Of a stretch of DNA of 34,957 nucleotides, positions 26,206 to 34,882 are shown piece by piece (the stretch's first letter is position 1; the number at the start of each line of letters is the position of its first letter). A model generated the notes under the pieces. That model had not been told where the DNA came from, did no database searches, and was given only the letters and a program-made list of their open reading frames with translations. Origin of the DNA: Syntrophaceae bacterium (GTDB taxonomy: Bacteria > Desulfobacterota > BSN033 > UBA1163); NCBI GenBank assembly GCA_018333715.1, contig JAGXSW010000188.1, positions 1 through 34,957 on the forward strand, given 5' to 3'. The position numbers and the translations under genes are program-made.

Positions 26206-27833
26206 TTCCAAAAGAGGCAATCAAAGAATTCGAATCGATTGTAGGGAATGAATATTTCACAGTGGATCCGGTCATCTGTGAAGGATACAGGGGCGGGCCA
26301 GGCGGCTACGAATGTGGGCTCGGATATGAAAAGATGATGGTCCGGATTCCCAAAGGAATCATCCTGCCCAGGCAGACTTCAGAAGTCCGGGCCATTGTCT
26401 CGGTATGCTATCAATACGACATTCCCTATGTCCCTTATAGCACCGGTTTTTATGGAGCCAAATCTCACCCTCATGTGGAGAATGCCCTCCTGATCGATCT
26501 CAAGCGAATGAATGGTTTTGAAATCGATGAGAGGCATCTTCTCGCAGTGGTTGAGCCCGGCATCATCTATTCTCAACTTCAGGAAGAGGCATTGAGAAGA
26601 GGGATGTATGTTTCGGTTGGAGGGGGAGGCGGCCAGGTATCGGTGATTGCCAATATGATCAATGATGGCACCTCTCCCCACAGTTACCGTTTTGGTCTTG
26701 CGCAACGCCGCATTCTGGGAACGGAGATGGTGCTCCCTGATGGAGATCTTTTACGGTTAGGATCACTGGCGATCCAGGAGGATCCTTTCTGGGGAGAAGG
26801 GCCTGGACCGGATCTTCGGGGATTGCTGAGGGGGGGGACAGGATGGAGAGGCTCATTTGGAATCGTCACCAAAATGGCAATCAAACTCATGCCCTTTCAG
26901 CCTGAAGCGCTTCGACCTGAAGGGGTTTCTCCTCAGACCTCATTAAGGCTTCCCCAAAATAGGGTGAAATGGGTAAATATTCGAATGCCCGACCACATGT
27001 CATTAAAGAAGGCGGTTTATGAAATCGGGAAGGCAGAGATTGGGGCGGCGGTGATGAAGGTTCCGCTCTTCTGGCGTGCCGTTGCCAGAGCCAAGAGTAA
27101 GGAGGAATTTTGGGAGATCTGGTCAAAGGAAAGTGAAGAAAGGATCCAGAGTTTCCATCTCCTGCGGGTCCTCCTCATTGCGTATGGTTCCGAAGACCAA
27201 ATGAAATATGAAGAACGAGTCCTCACCGATATTGTCACAGAGCTTGGGGGTCAGGCGCAGAGGACAAAGCAGACTGATGAATCATGGTTTAAGAATGCGG
27301 ATTCAGCGGGCATGTGGCTGATGTGTGGGGGTTATATTTCAGTGGATTATATCTCTGAGACATTGGATCACGCCGTTTCCCAGGGAGAGAGGATGGCGGA
27401 TCTCAAGAGGAACTTTACTCCTCCCTTGATGCCGGATTACGGGGAGAGAGGATGGTTCCAGAGCTTAGAGATGGGCCATCAGGGTTATTCAGAATATTTG
27501 ATCTATTGGGATCCCGAAGAGAATACAGAAAGGGTGGATCAATTTTATCTGGAGAGCGCAAAGGAGAATATCAGAAGGCGGTTCTATACCGCACTTCTTG
27601 GTCCCAATCAACCTCTCTATTTGACAGGTCCTGCCTATGGGCGGGATTACCATCAATGGCTTCTTGCGATCAAGAATGAGTTTGATCCCAAATGGCTCTG
27701 CCACCCGCCCTTTCCCCTTGCCCACGATCAGTTCATTGACGAGGCCGAATGGATGAAAACTTTGAAAGACTGGAAGGAGCCGGGCTTGAAGGAAAGAAAA
27801 GTCTTCCCATCCGTGAAAAGTCAAACGGATTGA
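26202..27833 (+). CDS. FAD-binding oxidoreductase (GlcD/VAO-type), second paralog
   Basis: LIDLKRMN, VEPGIIYSQLQEEA, EMVLPDGDLLRLGS, GPGPDLRGL and FGIVTK motifs; TTG start overlaps the upstream stop. Confidence 0.85.
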   Translation: MIPKEAIKEFESIVGNEYFTVDPVICEGYRGGPGGYECGLGYEKMMVRIPKGIILPRQTSEVRAIVSVCYQYDIPYVPYSTGFYGAKSHPHVENALLIDLKRMNGFEIDERHLLAVVEPGIIYSQLQEEALRRGMYVSVGGGGGQVSVIANMINDGTSPHSYRFGLAQRRILGTEMVLPDGDLLRLGSLAIQEDPFWGEGPGPDLRGLLRGGTGWRGSFGIVTKMAIKLMPFQPEALRPEGVSPQTSLRLPQNRVKWVNIRMPDHMSLKKAVYEIGKAEIGAAVMKVPLFWRAVARAKSKEEFWEIWSKESEERIQSFHLLRVLLIAYGSEDQMKYEERVLTDIVTELGGQAQRTKQTDESWFKNADSAGMWLMCGGYISVDYISETLDHAVSQGERMADLKRNFTPPLMPDYGERGWFQSLEMGHQGYSEYLIYWDPEENTERVDQFYLESAKENIRRRFYTALLGPNQPLYLTGPAYGRDYHQWLLAIKNEFDPKWLCHPPFPLAHDQFIDEAEWMKTLKDWKEPGLKERKVFPSVKSQTD

Positions 27834-27863
27834 TTGACAAGTGGAATAAGATGTGTGTAAAAA
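27834..27863 (+). promoter_or_regulatory. Putative sigma-70 promoter of the small gene pair
   Basis: TTGACA, 18 bp, TAAAAT. Confidence 0.45.
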
Positions 27864-27919
27864 TGGATTGTTATCTGCTCCAGCCGACAACGGTAGATGA
27901 AGTTTGACAGGAAAAAGGG

Positions 27920-28183
27920 ATGGAAATCAAGATCGATTTGCATACCATAGAACGTGCTGAGGAGCGAGGTACGAATGAAAAGGAAGTCAATGACGTGATC
28001 AATACAGGTTTTTCCATCCCGGGGAAGTATGGTCGTATAGGAAAAGCCAAAATCTATGAATTTAAACAGAAACGACACGATAAGTACTATGAGCAAAAGA
28101 AGGTTGAAGTATTCTATACGATTGAGAAGGATGTTATAATAACGGTGACAGTCTATGTTTTTTATGGGAAATGGGAGGGATAA
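27920..28183 (+). CDS. DUF4258-like putative toxin
   Basis: 87 aa with HTIERAEERG...VITVTVY; adjacent to a DUF2283-like gene. Confidence 0.65.
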   Translation: MEIKIDLHTIERAEERGTNEKEVNDVINTGFSIPGKYGRIGKAKIYEFKQKRHDKYYEQKKVEVFYTIEKDVIITVTVYVFYGKWEG

Positions 28184-28184
28184 A

Positions 28185-28400
28185 ATGAACATTGTTTATA
28201 ATGATAAAATAGACCTTCTTTACATCCGATTGGATGACAAAAGGCAAGAGGTTATCAACAGGCGGGTCTCGGAAGATATCGTGTTGGACATCGGGGAAGG
28301 TGACAGGATTGTAGGGATAGAGATTCTTGATGCCTCCAAACGCCTTAATCTGGAGAGGTTACTTCCTGTAAAATATGAATTTTTGTCTAAAGTGGTTTAG
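28185..28400 (+). CDS. DUF2283-like putative antitoxin
   Basis: MNIVYNDKIDLLYIRL...DIVLDIGEGDRIVGIEILDASK; start 28185 after GGGAGG. Confidence 0.75.
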   Translation: MNIVYNDKIDLLYIRLDDKRQEVINRRVSEDIVLDIGEGDRIVGIEILDASKRLNLERLLPVKYEFLSKVV

Positions 28401-28473
28401 GGAAGGACTATGTCCAACGACATATCATCCGGAAGTGGATGGACAAATTTATCTATCTAATGGAGGATTCATT

Positions 28474-28734
28474 ATGGCCGCAGAAGAGATTAAAGTTTAT
28501 TCGACCCCGACCTGACCCTACTGCAGGATGGCGAAAGAGTTTCTTTCGCAGAAAGGCTACCCTTTTACCGAACACGATGTGACCAAGGATCGAGCGGCTC
28601 TGGATGAGATGGTGAAAGTTTCGGGAGCGCGAAGCGTCCCTGTGATCACCGCCTGCAACGAGGTAATGGTGGGATTTGAAAAAACGCGCCTCGAGCAGAT
28701 GCTCAGCTGCATCAAACAGAGAAGCGAAGTCTAA
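28474..28734 (+). CDS. Selenocysteine-containing glutaredoxin-like protein (UxxC)
   Basis: GGAGG SD, ATG 28474, MAAEEIKVYSTPT-TGA(28513-28515)-PYCRMAKEFL...GARSVPVI...GF; the UGA replaces the first Cys of CPYC; SECIS-like hairpin follows. Confidence 0.9.
28531..28549 (+). promoter_or_regulatory. Bacterial SECIS-like stem-loop
   Basis: GCGAAAGA-GTT-TCTTTCGC, with a G-containing loop ~23 nt after the UGA. Confidence 0.6.
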
Positions 28735-28736
28735 AA

Positions 28737-28841
28737 CTGGAATGCTGGAATAATGGCATAGTGGAATGTCGGGGAAAATTCATTTTAAATAAGTTTTATG
28801 TTTAACCCATTCTTCCATCATTCCAACATTCCATTATTCCA
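28737..28841. repeat. Inverted pair of octamer (TGGAATNN) arrays
   Basis: CTGGAATGCTGGAATAATGGCATAGTGGAATGTCGGG ... CCCATTCTTCCATCATTCCAACATTCCATTATTCCA. Confidence 0.8.
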
Positions 28842-28844
28842 AAG

Positions 28845-31598
28845 TTATTTTTGAAGGCGTTGCCTTAAGAACTGCCCCGTATACGATTGTGGCGAAGCCA
28901 TGATCGTCTGGAGGTCTCCCTCCACAACAATCCTGCCTCCTTCTTCGCCGCCTTCCGGTCCCAAATCGATGATATAGTCCGCACATCGAATCAAGTCAAG
29001 GTTATGCTCGATCACGATGAGAGAATGGCCATTGGAGAGGAGTTTTTCGAAGGTTTTCAGGAGAAGCTCAATATCAGCCATATGGAGTCCTGTTGTCGGC
29101 TCATCGAAGATAAAGAGATCCCTTCCCGGATGGACCTGGCCGATGTGTTGAGCGAGTTTTAATCGCTGGGATTCCCCTCCGCTTAATGTATTGGTGGATT
29201 GGCCCAGGGTGAGATACCCCAATCCAACCTCCTTCAGAATCTGAAGTGTTATGATGATCTTCTGATGGCCCTTAAAGAAGGCAAGAGCTTCTTCAACGGT
29301 CATGTTCAACACTTCTGAGATGTTGAGGCCCTGATAACGAATCTTTAAGACCTCATGACGAAACCTTTTTCCATCACACGCCTCACAGGTAATGATCACA
29401 TCCTCTAAAAACTGCATATCCAGAACCTGAAGCCCGGCTCCCTGACAGGTTTCACACCTGCCCCCCACGGTGTTGAAGGAGAAATGGCGGGGTTGAAGAC
29501 CATGCCTTCTGGCCTCTCGAGTTCGGGCAAAAAGGTCACGGATATCGCTGAAGATATTGACGTAGGTGACGGCATTTGATCGGATACTTTTACCAATCGG
29601 GGATTGATTGACCAAGATGAGGTCGTCGATTTGATCTAACCCTTCGATGGAATCGAACCCCCCTTTTTTAAATTCCGAATTATTATTGCCTTTTACTCCG
29701 GCATAGAGAATATTATGCGCCAGAGTGGTCTTCCCCGCACCGGACACGCCTGTGATGCAGACCATCAACCCAAGGGGAATACGGACATCAATTTCTTTAA
29801 GATTATGCTGACGGGCATTGCGGATGGTCACCCACCCCGCAGGTGTCCTGTGCGATTTAATCGGAAGAAAAGGGATTCCATCCCTCAGGTATCGGGCAGT
29901 GATGGAGCCCTCTTTTTTTAAAAGGGACTCGATATCTCCTTCAAAAATGACATGGCCTCCCTCTCTTCCTGCTCCGGGACCGAGATCAATGATCGAATCG
30001 GCAGCCCGAATCATATCCGGATCGTGCTCCACCACGACAATGGTGTTGCCACGGTTTCGTAAATGAAGAAGTGTCCTGATGAGTCTGTCTGTATCTCTGG
30101 CGTGGAGGCCAATGCTCGGTTCATCGAGAACGTAGAGCGTGTCAGTCAGGGATGAACCCAGGGCCCTGGCCAGGGTAATGCGCTGGTATTCACCGCTCGA
30201 AAGGGTGCGGGTTTGTCGGGAAAGAGAAAGATATCCCAATCCGACATCGACCATGAAACCGAGGCGATCGTTGATCTCCTTGAGAAGGCGTTCTGCCGCC
30301 TGTCGCTGAAAATCTTTTAGGGGGATGCTTCTGAAGAATTGCTGAAGTTTGGAGACAGACATCTCGCTGAGCTGGCATATATGTTTTCCGGCCAGACGGA
30401 TATAGAGCGCTTCTTCTCTGAGCCGGGACTCATGACAGGCGGGGCAGGGGGCATAGGCCCGGTATTTGCTGAGAAAGACCCTGTAATGGACTTTATATCG
30501 TTTTCCCTCCATCCAATCGAAGAATCCCTTCAGACCTATGAATTCCCCTTTTCCATTGAGAAGGATCTCTTTCTGGCGGGGTTCGAGTTCGTCAAAAGGC
30601 TTCTGAATTGAAATACGATGCCTGCGGCAGGCTTTCCATAGATACTCGTAAAGGTTCTCATAGGCAGGTGTGTTCCAGGGGGCAAAGGGTTTCTCTTTCA
30701 GAGTCTTTTTGGGATCGGGAATGACCTTCTGCCAGTCGATTCCAATCACCCGTCCAAAACCCTGACAGGTCGGACAGGCTCCCACCGGACTGTTAAAGGA
30801 GAAGAGGAGAGGTTCCGGTTCTGAAAAGGTCCTTCCACAATGGTTACAGGAGTGGCTCGAATAGTAGGTCCGCTTCTCTCCATCTTCTAAAAGGACCTCA
30901 AGCCTTCCGCCTCCGGGTACAAATCCTTTCTCAATGGCCTCGGTCAATCTCGATCGGTTCTTTTCCTCGGAGGATAACCGATCGATGAGCAGAAGAATTT
31001 GCCGGCGATTCTGGAGAGAGGATGAAGAGAGGGCTGTCAGGTCAAGCGCTGCTCCATCTTCCCAGATTCGGTAATATCCATTCTGGATGAGTTCTTTTAT
31101 CCTGACCTCGGTCTTTTCGCCCTTTGCAAATGAGACCGGACTGAGAATGGATACCTTTTTTTGAGGGTATTGGCTCAGGATGGCATCGGAAACAGTTTCG
31201 ACCGTATCGCCGGAAACCTTTATCTGGCACTGGGGGCAAAACACTTCTCCTATTTTAGCGAAGAGGAGCCTCAAATAGTCATAGATTTCAGAGACCGTCC
31301 CAACGGTGGAGCGGGCGTTCTTCACTGTGTTCTTCTGCTCAATGGCAATGGCAGGAGGGATTCCATGGATGGCTTCGACATCGGGCCGGTCCATCTTTTC
31401 GAGGAACTGCCGGGCATAGGTGGACAGCGATTCGATATAGCGTCTCTGACCTTCTGCAAAAAGAGTATCGAAGGCCAGAGTTGATTTCCCCGAGCCGGAT
31501 ACACCGGTTATGACCGTGATTTTTCCTCTCGGTATTCGGCAGGAGATATTTTTGAGATTATGAGATCTAGCGCCAATGATTTCGATGAACTTTTCCAT
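28845..31598 (-). CDS. uvrA: Excinuclease ABC subunit A
   Basis: GARSHNLKNI, GVSGSGKSTL, EGQRRYIESLSTYARQF, zinc fingers, second Walker A GVSGAGKT, LSGGESQRLKLA. Confidence 0.95.
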   Translation of the reverse strand: MEKFIEIIGARSHNLKNISCRIPRGKITVITGVSGSGKSTLAFDTLFAEGQRRYIESLSTYARQFLEKMDRPDVEAIHGIPPAIAIEQKNTVKNARSTVGTVSEIYDYLRLLFAKIGEVFCPQCQIKVSGDTVETVSDAILSQYPQKKVSILSPVSFAKGEKTEVRIKELIQNGYYRIWEDGAALDLTALSSSSLQNRRQILLLIDRLSSEEKNRSRLTEAIEKGFVPGGGRLEVLLEDGEKRTYYSSHSCNHCGRTFSEPEPLLFSFNSPVGACPTCQGFGRVIGIDWQKVIPDPKKTLKEKPFAPWNTPAYENLYEYLWKACRRHRISIQKPFDELEPRQKEILLNGKGEFIGLKGFFDWMEGKRYKVHYRVFLSKYRAYAPCPACHESRLREEALYIRLAGKHICQLSEMSVSKLQQFFRSIPLKDFQRQAAERLLKEINDRLGFMVDVGLGYLSLSRQTRTLSSGEYQRITLARALGSSLTDTLYVLDEPSIGLHARDTDRLIRTLLHLRNRGNTIVVVEHDPDMIRAADSIIDLGPGAGREGGHVIFEGDIESLLKKEGSITARYLRDGIPFLPIKSHRTPAGWVTIRNARQHNLKEIDVRIPLGLMVCITGVSGAGKTTLAHNILYAGVKGNNNSEFKKGGFDSIEGLDQIDDLILVNQSPIGKSIRSNAVTYVNIFSDIRDLFARTREARRHGLQPRHFSFNTVGGRCETCQGAGLQVLDMQFLEDVIITCEACDGKRFRHEVLKIRYQGLNISEVLNMTVEEALAFFKGHQKIIITLQILKEVGLGYLTLGQSTNTLSGGESQRLKLAQHIGQVHPGRDLFIFDEPTTGLHMADIELLLKTFEKLLSNGHSLIVIEHNLDLIRCADYIIDLGPEGGEEGGRIVVEGDLQTIMASPQSYTGQFLRQRLQK

Positions 31599-31673
31599 CG
31601 GAGTTATTATAACATAGAACTATCTTTCTCTCCCTTTGCACAAATGTTTAATAGACCCTTTGGCAGGCTCAGC

Positions 31674-31750
31674 CTGCCCTCCGCAAGGCTTCTGGAGGCG
31701 GGGCTTCGCGCAGGCAGGCGTCAAGGGAGAGGGAACTATTTTAAAATTTC
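31674..31750 (-). repeat. Partial family C element
   Basis: Reverse complement AATAGTTCCCTCTCCCTTGACGCCTGCCTGCGCGAAGCC matches ~22340-22380. Confidence 0.55.
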
Positions 31751-31757
31751 GTAACAC

Positions 31758-31902
31758 TTTAGCGCTTTGAAAAATTACCTCGACTGTCATTCCCGCGCAG
31801 GCGGGAATCCAGGGAGGTTTTTAAAGAAACTGGATTCCTGCTTTCGCAGGAAAGACAACCTCAAGGGACCATCTATTTCATGTCTTTTTTCAAAAGGCTA
31901 AA
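31758..31902. mobile_element. MITE family D containing a GTCATTCC/GGAAT hairpin doublet
   Basis: TIRs TTTAGCGCTTTGAAAAA / TTTTTCAAAAGGCTAAA; inner TGTCATTCCCGCGCAGGCGGGAATCCAG ... CTGGATTCCTGCTTTCGCAGGAAAGACA. Confidence 0.7.
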
Positions 31903-31953
31903 TTGATATAAAATTTCTAAATCGGGATTTGGGGGTAATCCCTCAGTTATGGT

Positions 31954-32790
31954 TTGCTTAAGTTTACCACAACCTGTAAGGGAAAAACCTTCCTAACATT
32001 TGTAATGCTTTTGTGCTTTCTTATTTCCGGTTTGTCGGGATGCGGCAAGGAAGCAAAAAAGGAGAAGCACTGGAAGAGGGGAGAGAAGTATTTCTCGGAA
32101 AACAAATTCAAAGAAGCCATCATCGAATACAAGAATGTTCTCCAGATCGACCCGAAAGATTCAAAAAAGATAACCCAAAATCTTTTATGGGACATCACTT
32201 CCTTGGCCTTGCCCATCTCGGCAACAGGGATATCCAGCAGGGAAAGACGGCGCTGGCCGAGGCCGTCAAACTGAATCCCAACTGGATTGAAGGGAGGTTG
32301 CTGATTGCGGATATCCACCTCAGGACAGGGGCTTTAGATTTAGAGCTTATCCGTAAATAATGATTGTTTGTAATATCCCCCTTTGGAAAAGGGGGATTTA
32401 GGGGGATTTGCCCAAGGTTGCCACTTTAAATCCCCCCCCACCCCCCTTTACTAAAGGGGGGAAAGTTATTTATGGATAAGTTCTTAGTCATTGAGGAAGC
32501 GCAGGAGATTTTAAAAAGGGATCCCAAATCGATCCAGGCCCATTTAGCCCTCGGGAATGCCTATCTCCTGAAGAGGGATATCCCGAAAGCCGGCAAGTCT
32601 TTTGAAGAAGTCATTCAGATCGCGCCTGATAATCCCGCAGGATATTTCCATAAAGGACGAATCCTTTTGGCGCAAAGGAACAGTTTCCGGATGCCCCCCA
32701 CATCTCGGATACCCTCGGATGGGTTTATTACAAAAAGAATATCTTCACCCGTGCGATTACCTATTTGAGAACCCTTCGCAGGCTCTGACC
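31954..32790 (+). pseudogene. TPR-repeat lipoprotein (PrsT-like) pseudogene
   Basis: Lipobox LSGC followed by TPR fragments in changing frames (AIIEYKNVLQIDP; HHFLGLAHL; AHLALGNAYL; DTLGWVYYKK); frameshifts/deletions plus a MITE insertion. Confidence 0.75.
32343..32483. mobile_element. 141-bp MITE family E with TTA target duplication
   Basis: TIRs GAGCTTATCCGTAAATAA / TTATTTATGGATAAGTTC; TTA at 32340-32342 and 32484-32486; internal CCCCCTTT...AAAGGGGG hairpins. Confidence 0.85.
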
Positions 32791-33043
32791 GGGGTCCTCT
32801 TTTGGCCAACCCCTCCTCAACCCTGATTGAGATTATTCGTCAACTCGATCCCCCTCCAGACCGTCAAGTTTCCCAATCCGATATCCAGACCTTTTTGGAT
32901 GAGGGATGGGAAAACTTTTTCACTTTTTAGTGGTAATCCATCGGGACAAAATGGAAAATATTTTCCATTATTAAGAATCTTAAAGTATTCAGAATAAATC
33001 CATAATATAATGATTATCAATAGTTGGGATTCTACCTCAAATG

Positions 33044-33059
33044 TGGTATCAAAATTGCT
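33044..33059 (+). promoter_or_regulatory. Putative sigma-54 promoter
   Basis: TGGTATCAAAATTGCT, GG-N10-GC spacing, 31 bp before ATG 33091. Confidence 0.5.
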
Positions 33060-33090
33060 TTTAAAGCATTGGATAAGAACCATATAAAAT

Positions 33091-33942
33091 ATGAAAAATA
33101 ATTCTATTTTTAATGCCCAGAACGATTTATTCAATTCTATTTTTCCTCAATCGGATAAAAGCGATCCCGGCTCACTCGAATTTAAAAAACAATCCAATGA
33201 ACCGCATGGTTCATTCAAATCTTCTCTTCTCATCGAATTGATTCAACGCATTGACCATTCACTTGAATCCATCAAATATTTTACGCAAATATCCCGAGGA
33301 AAATTCAGGGATAAAACCTTCGATGATCATTTCCATCATATTCTCAATGAGGAGATCGGGAAGGTCGATCTGCTCCTGAGCTCTGTTCTGAATTACCTCA
33401 AGGTCAATTCCACGGAAACAAAAATAAATACGGTGCACGCCCTCATTGAAAATGCGCTGAAGAAGAACCAAACCCAAATGGAAGAAAAGAAGATTCGAGT
33501 GTTTAAAAAATTTGAAGAAGACCTTCCCGAAACCGTCACTCCAGATGAACATTTGAGATATATTTTAGACTCCACCCTCAAGTATGCAATCCGATGGATG
33601 CCTCTCAATGGAGGGGTTGGCTTTATGACCAGATTGTTTATCAATCAGAAGGGCCCTGGAGGGGGCGGCGCCTCATCCATCGGGGAAGGAAAATATATTG
33701 GAATATCGGTCCTCTTCGATGGTTATAGAAAAACGATAGAGCCATTTGAGACAATCCTGAAAGGCCCCCCTCCAGAAAAGAAAGAAACGCTCGATTTTGA
33801 GTTAAAACTCATTGACCAAATGGTCAAAAAAAATCAAGGGATGATGGAATTTAAAATAGATGCCCAAAAGGGAAGGACATTAATCACTTTAAAATTTCCA
33901 GTGGAGAGAAGGAAGGTCGTTTATTATCCATCGATCAATTAA
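33091..33942 (+). CDS. Degenerate HisKA/HATPase-like protein
   Basis: DHp-like helices (EEIGKVDLLLSSVLNY), INTVHALIENAL, EEDLPE...EHLRYILDSTL, MVKKNQGMMEF...GRTLITLKFP; canonical H, N and G boxes are not evident. Confidence 0.65.
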   Translation: MKNNSIFNAQNDLFNSIFPQSDKSDPGSLEFKKQSNEPHGSFKSSLLIELIQRIDHSLESIKYFTQISRGKFRDKTFDDHFHHILNEEIGKVDLLLSSVLNYLKVNSTETKINTVHALIENALKKNQTQMEEKKIRVFKKFEEDLPETVTPDEHLRYILDSTLKYAIRWMPLNGGVGFMTRLFINQKGPGGGGASSIGEGKYIGISVLFDGYRKTIEPFETILKGPPPEKKETLDFELKLIDQMVKKNQGMMEFKIDAQKGRTLITLKFPVERRKVVYYPSIN

Positions 33943-33967
33943 ATAATGCCCCAAGCCCTGAGGGCAC

Positions 33968-34054
33968 ACACGAATGATGAAAATGACGAATTTCACGAAT
34001 GGTAACAAATGGTTCTACATTCGTGTCATTCGCTTTAATTCGTGTTATTTGGTT
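33968..34054. repeat. Inverted ~9-mer (CACGAAT/ATTCGTG) repeat arrays
   Basis: CACGAATG...GACGAATTTCACGAATG ... ATTCGTGTCATTCGCTTTAATTCGTGTT; similar tract at ~15703-15730. Confidence 0.5.
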
Positions 34055-34072
34055 CTATTTCCTAATTAAAGG

Positions 34073-34342
34073 ATGAGAGATATGGAACATATGTTGGCCT
34101 ATGAATTCTACCATCACGATCATGAGAACGAACCTCAATTAATTGGAATTCTTCCTGAAAGAAGAAAGGACCCGCAACGAATCAACCCTGAATCGATAAT
34201 GAATTGGGCGAAAAAGATTTTAGGGAACGGTTGGAATATGAGCAGAATTGATTTTGTTGAAGTGACCATCGACAAGATGACAGGTGAAATGATGGAATCT
34301 AAACAGAATGTTAAAGATTTCGAAGAAGAGAAAAAATATTGA
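34073..34342 (+). CDS. Hypothetical protein
   Basis: 89-aa ORF with protein-like composition (AYEFYHHD...LIGILPERRKDPQRI...IMNW); exact start uncertain. Confidence 0.65.
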   Translation: MRDMEHMLAYEFYHHDHENEPQLIGILPERRKDPQRINPESIMNWAKKILGNGWNMSRIDFVEVTIDKMTGEMMESKQNVKDFEEEKKY

Positions 34343-34448
34343 TCGTCCCTCCATAAAATGAGTGATTGATTTCGACGGCGATCTCCTCCTCCCGGGAATA
34401 TTCCGGCCCTAATCGCTTGGGCCTCCATCCAGGAACCCGTTCTAAATT

Positions 34449-34567
34449 CTAACCAAAAATATTTGAAATTCTTTAAATAATTCCTCCCCCTTCGCGCAGG
34501 CAAGCGCCGTGGGCAGGGGAGTTTTTTGGCAAAATCGATTTTATAAGTGTTAGAAACAAATTCTCAA
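34449..34567. repeat. Family C element, internally deleted copy
   Basis: CTAACCAAAAATATTTGAA...AATAATTCCTCCCCCTTCG ... GTTAGAAACAAATTCTCA. Confidence 0.6.
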
Positions 34568-34580
34568 ATCTTATTTCCTT

Positions 34581-34659
34581 GTAGCCGCAACCTTCAGGTT
34601 GCGTTTCAGGATCGGTATTACATTGGAGGCCGATACGCAGGCTAAAGCCTTCGCCTGCC
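34581..34659. repeat. Degenerate REPIN
   Basis: GTAGC-CGCAACCT-TC-AGGTTGCG ... CGCAGGCTAAAGCCTTCGCCTGCC. Confidence 0.55.
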
Positions 34660-34842
34660 ATTTTTTTTCAAATTATCGACTATCTTTTGTTGAATGATTT
34701 GAAAAAGGGCCTAAAAGGTCTTGACATAAAACAGAACATTTTCATAAAATGAGCCGATCCGTCCAGATAGAAAGAATTCTCAAGGAGGAATAAATTTGGC
34801 ATCACTCTTGTTGCTAATAGATAAAATTTGTTTTAGATATTC

Positions 34843-34871
34843 TTGACGAAATAATATAAAAATCATATTGT
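34843..34871 (+). promoter_or_regulatory. Sigma-70 promoter of the tRNA gene
   Basis: TTGACG, 17 bp, TATTGT, 11 bp before the tRNA. Confidence 0.6.
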
Positions 34872-34882
34872 TGGATTGAGTT

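Noticed and set aside
28528-28734. 68-aa ORF as the full gene, or as a nonsense pseudogene
   Set aside because: Upstream SD/ATG, UGA at the catalytic Cys position and a SECIS-like hairpin favour an 86-aa selenoprotein.
34796-34815. Sigma-54-like TTGGCATCACTCTTGT upstream of the tRNA
   Set aside because: Lacks the invariant GC at -12, and a good sigma-70 promoter lies closer to the tRNA.
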